The notes beneath the pieces were generated by a model that saw only the letters and a program-made list of their open reading frames with translations, ran no database searches and was not told where the DNA came from. Below are positions 50,800 to 63,439 of a DNA stretch of 64,000 nt, one piece after another (position 1 is the first letter of the stretch; every line of letters begins with the position of its first letter). The translations under genes were made by a program, and so were the position numbers. This DNA is from Hemiscyllium ocellatum (taxonomy: Eukaryota): assembly GCF_020745735.1 (NCBI RefSeq), contig NW_026867442.1, positions 359,040 through 423,039 on the forward strand. Direction: 5' to 3'.

Positions 50800-51110
50800 T
50801 GGGGAGGTGATGGCCCAGTGGTATTATTGCTGGACTGTTAATCCAGAGATCCAGATAACATCCCGGAGAACTGGGTCCGATTTGAATTCAATAAATATCT
50901 GGAATTAAGAATCAAATGACTATGAATCCTTGGTCGATTGTTGGGAAAAACCCATCTGGTTCACTAAAATCATTTAGGTAGGAAACTACCATCCTTGCCT
51001 AGTTTGGCCTACTCCAGACACACAGCAATGAGGTTGACTCTGAACTGCCCTGTGGGCAGTTAGGGATGGGCAATAAATGCTGCCTAGTCAGTGACACCCT
51101 CATCCCATAA
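50800..51110 (+). mobile_element. Deu-domain SINE (SacSINE1-like)
   Basis: Homologous to 1570-1900. Confidence 0.65.
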
Positions 51111-53249
51111 ACATATTATTTTTAAAAATCCATGGAGAGAGCAAGCTCACATTTGGAGTCGAGATGACTCCTCATCAGAGCTCTGATAGAGTCATCTCGA
51201 CTCAATGTTAGCTTGCTCAGTCTCCATGGATGCTGCCTCATCTGCTGTGAGCTCCAGCATTTGTTGTTTTCAGTACAGATTCCATCATCTGCAGTAATTT
51301 CCTTATATATTTCTTCTGTATTTTGTTTATTAAATGCCCACTAAATTGCAACTCCGACTCAACACCTTCCCAACAGAGTACTGTGGTCCTGGTGCCAAAA
51401 ACCTCCATTGACTTGTTCAATTACACCATACGTTGGGGAAATTGCAAAATGCCACTGTGGCTGAAAGGAATGGAATCAGAGTCATACGACATGGAAACGG
51501 ACCCTTCGGTCCAACTCGTCCATGCCAACCAAATTTCCCAAACTAAACTAGTCCAATTAGCCTGCATTTGACCCATATTCCTCAACCTTTCCTATTCGTG
51601 TCCCTCTCCAAATGCCTTTTGAATATTGTAACTGTACTTGCATCTCCCACTTCCGCTGGCCGTTCATTCTATGTCCGACTCAACCTCTTTGTGAAAAAGT
51701 TGGCAACTGATGGTTTCACTGTTGCCTGCGGTGAGTGAATCGCTGGGGATTATTGTTCATTCAGGACCACCCCTTGCTGAGCATGGCTCAGGGCCTCAAG
51801 AGATTCCTAAATGTGGCTTCGGCCTCCTTGTGGGTTACCACATGCTACTCAAGGCCTTGTGTTTGAGAAGCGCAGGGATATATGGATGGGGGTGCTGTGG
51901 AAGGAAGGAGTCAACGTTAATTAATGAATTAATTTATGGAATGTGGATGTCACTGGCTGTGCGAACATTTATTGTCTAATTCTAATGCCCTTGAGAAGGT
52001 GGCTGTGAGCTCCCTTTTTGAATCACTGCAGTCCATGTAGGCCGACTGGTCGTGCTGTTGGGAGGGAGTTCCAGAATTTTGGCCCAATGACACTTAAGGA
52101 CAGCTGAAAGATTTACAACTCAAGATGGTAGTAGCTTGGAAGGGAACCTGTAGGTGGCGGTGTTCCCATGAATCTGCTTCCCTTGACTTCGAGATGGTAC
52201 TGTCATGGGTTTGTAAGATCCATATTGAAGTGTTATGAATTTCTGCAGTGTATCTTGTTGATAGTACACACTGCTGCCCTGGGCATTAGTGGTGGAGGGA
52301 GTGAATGCAGTCTGCTTTTTCCAGCTGACGTCAAGCTTCTTGAGTGTTCTTGGAGCTGCACCCAAACCAAGCCAAGTGGCGAATAGTCTATTGCACTTCT
52401 GACTTGAGGATTGTAGATGGTGGACAGGCTTCAGGGATTCGGGAGGTGGTTTATTTTTGCAGGATTCATTGCCTCTGACCTTCTCTTGTAGCCACAGTAG
52501 TCAGATGGCAAGTCCAGTTCAATTTCTAGTCAATAGTAACCCCCCAGAATGTTGATGGTGAGGAATTTGGTGATAAAAATGAGTCACTAGCAGTAAATGA
52601 TACCGGTTCATCAGGTTACAAAGAAAAGTTGAGCATGGGTTTATTTCTGGGGCTACAGAATGGAGATGTGTTAGATATGTGTAGAACCATGAACAGATCA
52701 CCCTTGGAGCACTGCAAACAGTTCTGATCCATTGTAATATGGATGTAGAGGCAGTAGGGAATATATTAAAAATATTTACTGGAATTATATCAAAACTGAA
52801 TTTGAATCCATCAAGCAAGATTGGACAGTCTTGTCTTGTTGAAAAAGAGTATCATGGTCGAGGCCATTAAAGTTATGTCGGGGTTTGATAGGGTTGACAT
52901 AGAAAAGATATTTCTGCTTGTGAATGACACTATCCACTGGAGCTGTGGATACAATTGTAGTCACTATTACATCCAACAGGGAATTTGCTGGGGAGGAGGT
53001 GGGGGCTGGTGGGGAAGGTCTTTACCCAGAAAGAGGTTTGAGGTCAAAATTAAACCACCAGGAATAATTGAAGCAAACAACAGATGAATTCAAGAAGAAG
53101 CTGGGAATACAAGTGATCAAAAAAAAATATGTTGATGGGTTTCGGTGGAGAGATACAGAAGGAGGCCTATGTAAATCTCAAATACCGAGACTCTGTTTTT
53201 GCGTTCTAAATCTGTGCATGTGTGTTGATCTGTGACATTTCTATGGCAG

Positions 53250-53410
53250 CAGTGGCAGCAGTAAACACGACAGCCCATCCGTACCATTCTTGGAGAAAAG
53301 CAGAACCTCCCACCATACAAAGGGAAACAGCTCTATTGAAGAGGTGGTTCAAACAACAGCTGACAACTCGATCCACAGTGACAGTCTGCCTTCATTACCT
53401 GGTGAGAAAG
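53250..53410 (+). CDS. CEP350: CEP350-like exon I (GC donor, or alternative GT donor after 53401)
   Basis: SGSSKHDSPSVP...SIEEVVQTTADNSIHSDSLPSLPGEK vs recalled SIDEQVQTAADDSLRSDSVPSLPDEK; AAG|GCGAGT donor, phase 2 to 1. Confidence 0.82.
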
Positions 53411-53869
53411 GCGAGTTCTTTAACCAGAAATGGTGTTTTGTCCTTTCACTGATCTCATGACTTAAATGGGGATTTGTGTCTCTTCAATTAGATGATTCAA
53501 ATCAACTGTCATGTAAGCACTCCTTCTATACCCAAAGGATATGTGGGTCAAATAGTAACAAGTTGAGTAACAATTTATTTCAAGATTCCTTTATTCAGTC
53601 ATGTGCTCAAGCTATTCAATCCAACTTCCTTGTGTTCCCCTTGGATCTGTGGTTGTGCAGATGGAAACTTCCACATGTCCCCTTAAACAATGTGTGATTC
53701 AACATAACAGTTGTGTTGAATCAATAATTGTAACCCAACTCTGCTCCTTGGGCAGAAAACTAATCCAAGGATTCTAGCTCAGCCTTTAACTTCATGTTCA
53801 AGTTCTAAATCTTTCAGTGAACAATGGAAAATAACAAAGAACAATATAAATCATTTATTGTCTCTCCAG

Positions 53870-54054
53870 ACTCTGCTTCTGTTGCCACTGAGTTCGATGA
53901 GTCAATGACTGAGGATGAAATTGAAGAGCAATCCTTTTATCCCCTTCTGCCATCAAAGAGCCATTGCTGCTTTAACATGGGGAAGAAACACAGGCAGCAG
54001 GATGATTCCGATGAGGACATTCTGCAGGATCAATCGGCTTCAATAGCTGTCAAA
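53870..54054 (+). CDS. CEP350: CEP350-like exon J
   Basis: (D)SASVATEFDESMTEDEIEEQSFYPLLPSKSH...DDSDE; phase 1 to 0. Confidence 0.92.
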
Positions 54055-54972
54055 GTGAGTTCTCCCATGGGTTAGCCAAGGGTGAGTGATGGTGCCAGTT
54101 TGTGGGATCTCAGTGCTTGGCATAGTTGCTCCTCTCCATGTTCTAGGTATCTTGCTATGAGACTCAGATGTAGAGGATGAGGAGCAGATGGGTCAATGAG
54201 TATAAGGGAAGTGTTGGGCAGGGGCTGTTTTTTACAAATGATAATTACCACTCACTAACAATGTGCCCAGAGTTTATAAATATTGAAGAGGAATTAATCT
54301 TTTACATTGTTAATCTTTGTGATCGAGTTACCATGCAGTGAAGACAAAGATTAATATTTACTGGGATTCCTTGCTCACCTCGTCCGGTAAACACAAGCTA
54401 AATTTGACTGCTAAAAATGTCCCTGAATTTACAACTTTCTACTGTCCATTAAAGGTGGTAATAAGATGCAAAAGACAAGTGGCGCTTGCAGAGGAATTTG
54501 ATTTGAACAAGAGACATTTGTGCAGATAATAAGAGATATTCTAATTGGAAGGATATGGTTAGTGATATCTTGCATGGATCTATGTCGGTGCCCTAACTAT
54601 TCGCTATTCATGATGAAAGGAAAGCCACATTCAAAACTTGGGGCCTCTCTCCAGATTAGCAGCGATCTCGAGTGTAGGTAGATGAAAGCATAAAATAAGA
54701 AAACAATCTTGATAGATGAAGTAAATGAAAAATCTACAGATGAGTTTGTGTCAGCAAGTGAGAGGTTGGATCAAGATAGGATATTTCTTGATTATGAAAA
54801 TCGAGAGACAGTGGAGTTCAAAGAAACTTGATGGGGCTGATCCAGCTGTATGTAGTTCATGAAAATGTCACAAACAGGCTCAAAACAGTGAACAAGGATC
54901 AGTGGAATGTTGACATTTATATCCAAAGAAGTTGCAAAAGCAAAGGATTAGAAGTCATGCTTCAGCAATTCA

Positions 54973-55161
54973 AAGCTGAAAATGTGTTGCTGGAAAAGCG
55001 CAGCAGGTCAGGCAGCGTGCAAGGAACAGGAAATTCGACGTTTCGGGCATAAGCCCTTCATCAGAATTTCCTGTTCCTTGGATGCTGCCTGACCTGCTGC
55101 GCTTTTCCAGCAACACATTTTCAGCTCTGATCTCCAGCATCTGCAGACCTCACTTTCTCCT
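54973..55161. mobile_element. 189-bp hairpin mini-element derived from a Penelope pLTR
   Basis: 13-bp TSD cttcagcaattca (54960-54972 and 55162-55174); 63-bp inverted arms around a loop holding a hammerhead core. Confidence 0.8.
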
Positions 55162-55972
55162 CTTCAGCAATTCATAACCGAGTCAGACCAATCTGTCAGG
55201 GCTGGGCACCATGGCTTAAGAAGAGTATCACTCTTAGTGGAAGTGCAATGTAGACTTACTGAAGTGATACTTGGGCTCCGAGGCTTAATTTAAGAAGAGA
55301 GATTAAATAGATAACATGTTAGAGTCAGAACATTGAGGTGTGCTATTGTGGAACACTTTTACACACAGAAATGGATGAAGTTTGAAACTCCCTTCCACAA
55401 ACAGTGATTGATTTGAAATCAGTCACAAATTTTAAATCTGAGATTGGTAGATTTTTAACCAAAATGCTGAAGGATTATGGGACAAGGACAGGGATTTGTC
55501 ATGATGTTGAAGATTACCATGATTTGGGGGAATGGTGGAATAGGCTCAAGAAGCTAAATAGCCTCCTCCTGTTGTGATGTTGATGTAACCATGACACTCT
55601 TATTCTCTGGATGTGCAACTCCTATTCTGTTTTTGGTTATTTATCAGAACCTGGCAGCAAATTAGTAACTGGAGTCCTGACCAGAAAATTATCAGTATGA
55701 GGGACTTTGCAAGTCTTAATGTGTTTCACAGATGATGAAATGAAACAGTCAGCATTTACTCATCCTGATAAATATTGGGATAGTTTGATGGGATCACTTG
55801 TGATGCAGCATGATTGGCATATCTGATGATGCTCCAACTACTTTTAATTGTTGTTGTCGTCGTCTGCACCCAGTCCTGAGGTTTTGTGGATTACAGGACA
55901 AGTTTTGCTTGGGTCAGGGGAAGCAGATCACCTCACTCTGTACTGTTTGTCCTCCTGTCTTTCACTGTCCAG

Positions 55973-56160
55973 CATGATTTCAGCATGTCCTTCTCGGGAG
56001 GTCAAGACAGTTTCTATAAATTCACCATGGAGATGGTGCGACAATACGTGGAGGAGGAGGAGATGCGTGCACAGCACCGGGTGTCCCTCCTCAAACTGAG
56101 AGAACAAGCCATGAAGGAAAAGACCAAAGCAGAGCTGGCTTGGTTGGAACACCAGAAAAA
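55973..56160 (+). CDS. CEP350: CEP350-like exon K
   Basis: FSGGQDSFYKFTMEMVRQYVEEEEMRAQH...KEKTKAELAWLEHQK, a highly conserved CEP350 block. Confidence 0.95.
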
Positions 56161-57744
56161 GTGAGTAGCTGACCTATGCAGTGATGGTAAGCTGTATAGC
56201 CTTTCAAAAATGCAATGTAAGAATGTGCAGATCCTTCCAGTAATCCTTTCCGGAGAAGGGGGAAAGCTAGTGTCTATTCTCATTGCAGTGAGGCTGTTGT
56301 GCAGAAGCTAGGTATTCACGTCATCTTTCCCCTTATCACTGTTTGGATTGAGTAGAATGAAGCCAATTTTGATTTTTTTTTCAAATTTTTAAGTTTGTTC
56401 TTTGAACTTGGGATGTTGCGGTAATGCTAGTATTTATTTACTCGCCCTCATTCTCGAAATGGTCATGGTGTTGAGCTGCCTTGAGCCACTGCAGTCTGCT
56501 TAGTCAATATAAACGTATCAACTCGCAAGTGCTGTTAGGTTTGGAGTTCAAGGCTCTGGAATAGATTGTTGCAAGGCTGTTGTCCTCACCCACGGGTCAG
56601 GATTTTAAACAAATAATTTCAATAGACTTCTTCGCTGCTGGTAAGGCCAGTATTGTTGTCCATCCTTCATTGCACTTGGGAAGGTGATAGTGAGTCATTT
56701 CCTCAAACATCTGCAGTTCACCCGCTACAGGTACAACCACAATGCTGACAGGAAAGGAGTACCTGGGATTTTGATCCTAAAGCAGTGAAGGAATGATGTA
56801 TTCCTAAGTCAGGACGATGTGTGGCTTGCAGAGGAGCTTACAAGTAATGGTGTTACCATGTTATCTACTATCTGTGTCCTTTTAGATGGTAGAGGTCTCA
56901 GGCTTTGAAGATGCTATTGAAGGAATTGAGTGAGTTTCTGCAGTGCATCATATAGTGCACAAAGCTCTCACTGTAGCAGGTTGCTACATCCTATTTGGTG
57001 TTCTGCATCTTGGGCATGTACTGGGGAGACAGAAAGTAAGTTACTTAGTGAAGAATTTTCAGCTTCCGACCTGCTTTTGTTGACCTAGTATGGTATAGCT
57101 GATCCATTTTAGTTTCAGGTCGAGAGTAACTCTAATGTGATAATTGTGAGGGAAGCAGTGATGATAATACCACTTCATATCAAAACGATTGCAAGAGATG
57201 GTCAATGCTTGGTCAGTATGGTATGCATGCATCCATGCTGCCGTAATACTGTAGTCACGTATGCCATACTAGTTGTGGGCAAAAGATTTCCTTCAAAGTC
57301 CGTCCGTGAATTATTTGGGTTTTTCCGGCTGCTCAACATCTTTGTGGACACTTTTACTGACACCAACCTTTTATTTCCAGATTTTCTTTCAAAATATCCT
57401 TTTTAATTTTGTGAGCATAAACACTGTCTTGTTGAAATAAAATTTCTTCAAATTGAGTATGACAAGAATGGAGGGGCATTACAGTTATAAAATATTAAGA
57501 AGACTTTGCTGCTAAACAAAATCTTAAACCCTGATCATTCTCTTTCTGGTTTAGTTGCTAATTCAGCAGTGGTGACACTGTGAGATCTATTTGGGCAGAT
57601 TTATCCAAGTTTGTCTGTAAATTTGAGCATCATTATACCATGTGTAGGGAACTATGGCTTCCTAAAGAAGTTGAATCTCTTGTCAAGAGGATGAAGAAAA
57701 CTTATGTTAGGATGAGATGTAAAGCTCAGTCAGAGTGCTTGAGA

Positions 57745-59600
57745 GTTACGGGTTAGCCAGGAAAGACCAAAAGAGAGAGCTAAGAAGGGACATGAGAAAT
57801 CACTGGCAGATAGGATCAAGGAAAACCATCAAGTTTTCTATAAATATATAAGGAAGAAAAGAATGATGAGAAAGATTAGGGCCAATCAAGGATAGTTGTG
57901 GGATGTTGGGCATGGAGTCCGTGGAGATGGGGAAGCACTTAAAGAATATTTTTTGTTCATTTTTACACTGGAAAAAGACAGTGTTGTCAAGGAGAATACT
58001 GCGATGCAGGCTATTAGACTAGATGGGATTGAGGTTGACGAGGAGGAGTTAGCAATTCGAGGAAGTGTGAAAATAGATAAGTCCCCTGGGCCAGATGGGA
58101 TTAATCCGAGGATTTTCTGAGAAGCCAGGGAGGAGATTGCAAAACCTTGACCTTTGATCTATATGTCGTCGTTGTCTACAGGAGCAGTGCTAGAAGACTG
58201 GAGGATAACAAATGTTGTCCCCTTGTTTGAGAAGGGGAGTAAAAACAACCCTGTTATTATAGACGAGTGAGCCTCATTCGGTTCTGGGTAAGATGTTGGA
58301 AAAGGTTATAAGAGGTAGGATTTATAATCATCAAGAAGGGAATATGTAGATTAGGGATAGTCAACTCATTTTTGTGAAGAGTAGGTCGTGTCTCACAAAC
58401 CCTATTGAGTTCTTTTGAGAAAGTGACCAAACAGATGGATGAGGGTAAAGCAGTTGATGTGGTGTATATGGATTTCAGTAAGGCATTTGATAAATTTCCC
58501 ACTGTAGGCTATTGCACAAAATACAGAGGCATGGGAGTGAGGGTGATTTAACTGTTTGGATCAGAAATTGGCTCGCTGAAAGAAGACAGAGTGTAGTAGC
58601 TAATGAGAAATGTTCATCCTGGAGTTCAATAACGGGTGATGTAACGCAAGGATCTATTTTGGGTGCACTGCTGTTTGTCATTTTTGACTCAGATGAGGGC
58701 ATAGAATGATGGGTGAGTAAATTTGCAGATGACAAGAAGGTCAGTGGAGTTGTGTATAATGCTGAAGGGTGTTGCAGGTTACCGAAGGATATAGATAAGC
58801 TGCAGAGCTGAGCTGAGAAGTGGCAAATGGAGTTTAATGCAGAAAAGTATGAGGTGATTCAGTTAGGAAGGAGCAACAGGAATAAGGAATACTGGGCTAA
58901 TGGTAAGATTCTTGGTAGTGTAGATGAGCAGAGAGGTCTCGGTGTCCATGTATAGGTCCTTGAAAGTTGCCACCCAGCTTGATAGGGTTGTTCCGAAGGC
59001 ATACGGTGTATTAGCTTTTATTGGTAGAGGGATTGAGTTTCAGAGCCACAAGGACATGTTGCAGCTGTACAAAACTCTGGTGTGGCCATACTTGGAGTAC
59101 TGTGTACAGTTCTAGTCACTGCATTATAGAAAGGATGTGGAAGCTTCAGAAAGGGTTCAGAGGAGATTTACAAGGATGTTACCTGGTATGGAGGGAAGGT
59201 CTTATGAGGAATGGCTGAGGGACTTACGGCTGTTTTCATTAGAGAGAAAAAGATTGAGAGGTGATTTAATTGTGACATATAAGATAATCAGAGGGTTAGA
59301 TAGGGTGGACAGAGAGAGCCTTTTTTCCCAGATGGTGATGGCTAGCACAAGGGGACATAGCTTTAAATTGCAGGAGGATGTACAGATGTCAGAGGTAATT
59401 TCTTTAGTCAGAGTGGTAGTGGTGTGGAACACACTGCCTGAAACAGTAGTGGACTCATCAACTTTAAGGGCATTTACATGCTCATTGGATAAACATATGG
59501 ATGAAAATGGAATAGTGGAGGATAGATGGGCTTCAAATTGGTTCTACAGGTCAGTGCAACATTGATGGCCAAAGTGCCTGTAGTGTGCTGTAATGCTCTT
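57745..59600 (+). mobile_element. CR1/HER1 LINE 3' portion with decayed RT
   Basis: DKSPGPDG, YMDFSKAFD, GDVTQGSILG, SKFADD, LQLYKTLVWPYLEYCVQF motifs; many disruptions. Confidence 0.88.
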
Positions 59601-59640
59601 TGTTCTATGTTCATGTGACTTTGCCATGTCCTCTAACCAG

Positions 59641-59728
59641 ATGCCTTCAAGACAATGGAGAAGATGACAAGATGCCATCCATCCGTAGGAGGCAGCGTGG
59701 GCTTCTGCTCAGGCTGCAGCAGGAGCAG
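59641..59728 (+). CDS. CEP350: CEP350-like exon L
   Basis: CLQDNGEDDKMPSIRRRQRGLLLRLQQEQ; phase 2 to 0. Confidence 0.93.
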
Positions 59729-60784
59729 GTATGACCCACTGAATGCCAGGGAAAATGTTCATACTTCATGAATGAGCATGTTTCCCCAAGGTTCCGATTT
59801 GATTTCAAACCTTTTATTAACGGTGATCCAGGTTTTCCTTGAAATGCCAATAACAAATGCTACTGAATGTAATGTATATGCTCGGCCTAGGGACAGATTT
59901 CCATGCCATGGTGTTTCTGAATGCAGTTTTTCTACTGGCAATGTGCACGGCAGCACCCTGGGGCTGAAACATCTGAAGTGTTCTTCGGCCAGTAATTAAT
60001 CTGCATTGTCTCTCCAGGCCAGCAGGCATCTATCTTTGTTCTCCCCTTTTTTTGTTTGAAAACAAGTTGCTTTTCAAAGTTCAATTCTCAACTTCAGCTC
60101 ACAGTTCCAAACCAAAAATGAGAAAAATATAGTTGCTGATTTTTGTTGGCAGAGGTGTTGCCAATCACGCAGTGTCAGGCAGTATCACACAGACTTGGAA
60201 TGTTACGTTATTTGCTGTTGGACTCACTACAGATTTGTCAGATTCTGCACTCACTCAACCCAGGCACACTTTCCAACTTGCCCAGCAGCAAGAGCTAATA
60301 CGCAATTCTCGTGAGTGGAAATCTGCCTATTCATCATCTTTCTCTTCTGCAAAGTACTTGGCAGCTGAGGACAGTTTTTCAGGTTTGAGAACTCAGGTTA
60401 ACTCACCACAGGCCAGGAAGCAACCTCCTGAAATAAAATCAGAAATGCTCACTCAAAGTTAGGCATCAGCTGTTGAAAAAGAACGTGAGTAACTCTTTCA
60501 TGATAATTTTCCACCTGGAGTACTTGACTGTTTGAGTTCGTGTTGACAATACATTTTGTCGAAAAAACCCACAAAGTTTTCATCAAGAACAAGCATTATA
60601 AGTTGTAAAAGTTGCACAGTGCCACCTGGAAACTGTGCAACTTAGAACTTAATGGGTTATGGAGTTGCGTGCCCTGACTTCATTTTTGTCTGTAGTTTGT
60701 CGTCAAAATAAATTTATTGACGATGTAAAGACGGGTTTGGTTGGTCTCTAACATGGTAATACATTGTATACAATTTCACCACAG

Positions 60785-60931
60785 GCTGAAATCAGGCATC
60801 TTCAAAAAGCCAACAAGGCTGCTCACAGGGAGAGGCAGCTGATCCTGAAACAGCAGGAGGAGATTCAACACATGCTCCAGTCCACCAGGGAAATTCAGGA
60901 GAGGCTCAAATCAGTTGGGGAGAGCAAGTTG
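60785..60931 (+). CDS. CEP350: CEP350-like exon M
   Basis: AEIRHLQKANKAAHRERQLILKQQEEI...LKSVGESKL; phase 0/0. Confidence 0.93.
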
Positions 60932-61772
60932 GTTAGTATCCCACCATTTACAAACACCTGAACTGATCAATTCAAGGTTACTATTAAAGTAAGGAATTAC
61001 TTACTCTGCAGCATGAATGATGGGTGGTCAATTTCAATCCAAACTTGCTATCAGCCAGGTTTCTAGTCTATATTATCATTACAATATAAATAAAACTTCT
61101 AATATTTTACAGAAAAGATGTAAGAATGGTTTGTCTGCCACTGAGAAACATCAACTTAAGCCTCGGTACCTTTATTAAGTTGATAACATGTTCACATGTT
61201 CCCTTATGTAGAGACCAAAACTCTGCAACCTAAAATACCAGGAATACCTGCTGCCGCCGAGAATACCATCCTTTGTATTCATTGATGTCGTGTTTTGTTC
61301 TGCATTCCGTAGAAGTGACAGCACAAGAAATGGAGCTTTCAGCGCAATGTATCTGTGCTTCTGTTCTTTCCCTCCCTGCAATCTGGCTCCGACCTGTTGT
61401 CAGCATATCCTACAAAGGGGTCAAAACATTTTTGCACTTGATCATGTGCATAGGAATGGGACTAGGTTGTTGAGCCACTCATCTGTTTGCACTTGCTTCT
61501 ATTATAATTGATCTACATCTCCCTCCCTTAATCTGTTTCCCTGAATAAACATTCCCAACAAATAAAAAAAATCAAACTCTTTTAAAATATTCAATTAATT
61601 CAAAGCTCAATTAATTCAAAACTAATGAAACACTCTGCCTCCTGAAATGAAATGATGTTGCTTAGTTGCAGAAACCTGTCTTTGAATCTCATCTGTGTTT
61701 CACTAATTCTGGAGCTGTTTCCATTTAGGAGCAAACGTAACTTTCCATGCGCCCATCTTGGTATATTCTCAG

Positions 61773-61960
61773 GTTCCAACTCGACAGGAGCAGCGGAATG
61801 CAGAACAACCAGAAGTGCAGAATGTTTCCAAAGTGAGCCCCACTTCCACTCTCCTGGAAACAGATACGGAGACGTGGAGTCCCTCCTCTGTTTCGAATTC
61901 AGGCAGCGAGACCAGCAACATCATGCAAAAACAGAAGATGCGCAGTCATGTGGATGAAAA
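61773..61960 (+). CDS. CEP350: CEP350-like exon N (gene presumably continues beyond the window)
   Basis: ...SGSETSNIMQKQKMRSHVDE(K); phase 0 to 2. Confidence 0.88.
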
Positions 61961-62519
61961 GTAATATCTCTTATGGCTTCTTATAAGGCATATTGCTGTG
62001 AAAGACTGGCAAGCCAACCAGCTCATTTGTCAGCTGGTGATGTTATGGAGAGGATGAGAAAGAGAGAGACCGAGTGGCTCTGAGCAGAGATAAATATAAG
62101 AAGTCCATTTCACTGTGCTTTTCAAAGGCAGTGTGTTTGCTGCAAATGGTGTTTCTAATGATCCCACCTGAGGTGTTGTCATGTTTGACCCTGCGAGTGG
62201 GGCAGCAAAACATCAATATGGCCTCACTGCTACTGCTCTCCAAGTAGGGGAGCTTTTTTCTTACCCTAATCTTTTTTATTCACACCCATTGCCCTGGAGT
62301 AACAGTCTCAGAATGGGATTGCACTGTGAAGATTTTCACTCGTGCAAAGCTTGCTTTGCCTTTCAGTGGAGTGTGTTAGGAAACTGGAGGTACATGCAAA
62401 TGTTGCAGGAATTGTTTTTCCTGGTGGAATTATCAGCTTGACATCATTGTGTTGTGTTAGCTTTTTTATCCTATGAAGACAATTGTGTACACTACAGAGG
62501 ATATAAACAGGTCTTATTA

Positions 62520-62860
62520 GGGCAGCACCATGGCTCAATGGCGAGCACTGCTGCCTCACAGTGCCAGGAACCCGGGTTCGATTCTACCTTCAGGTGACTG
62601 TGTGGAGTTTGCACATTCTCCCAATGTCTGCATGGGTTTCCTCCCGCTGTCCACAAATATGCAGGTTAGGTGGATTGGCCATGCTAAATTGCCCATAATG
62701 CCGAGCGATATGCAGGCAAGGTGAATTAGCCATGGGAAATGCAAAGTTACATTCATAGCTTAGGGGAGTGAGTTTGGGTGGGTTGCTGTGCGAGGGGTTA
62801 TTATGGACTCAATGGGCTGAATGGCCTGTTTCCACACTGAGGGATTCTATGATTTGTTCC
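62520..62860 (+). mobile_element. HE1-type V-SINE
   Basis: ggcagcaccatggctcaatgg...cccgggttcgattc tRNA head, V-domain and ggcctgtttccacactg tail. Confidence 0.85.
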
Positions 62861-63439
62861 AAACACTTCACATCAGTGTTACTGCTCCACTTGAGAATCC
62901 TGTCACCCTTGCTCATCTATTACCCTGACCCTCTATTCCTTTCTCCCTCTAATCTTGTCTATACTCCCCTTAAACACCCGTATCATATTTGATTCAACTG
63001 CTCCCTGTTCAGTCTTCATTGCTGTAATCCAATTCTGCAGATCTTCCATATCTCCCTGATGGATTTCTTGGTGACTACTTTGTGACCTCAAGGTAGCTCT
63101 TCCCTGTGAATGGAAACATTCTGTCTGTATCCAGTCTGCTGAACCCTGTCAACATTTTAAAGACCTCTATTATGTCCCTGTTTGTCCTTCTTTCAGAGAA
63201 AAGAGACATAGCCTGTCAACCCTTTCCTGAGATGTGAACCCACACATTCCTGTGACCAACCTTGTCAATCTTGTCTGTGTACCCACTTCAGTTTCTCCTT
63301 TTTCTATTTATAGTATGATGATCAGCCTGCACACAGTATCCAAGTGTGGTTTCAGCAAGGTTTGATTCAGGTTTAGCATATTTAATAAATAATTAGATAG
63401 GGATGATGTGCTAAACTACTGGTGTTTTTTTCTGATCTA

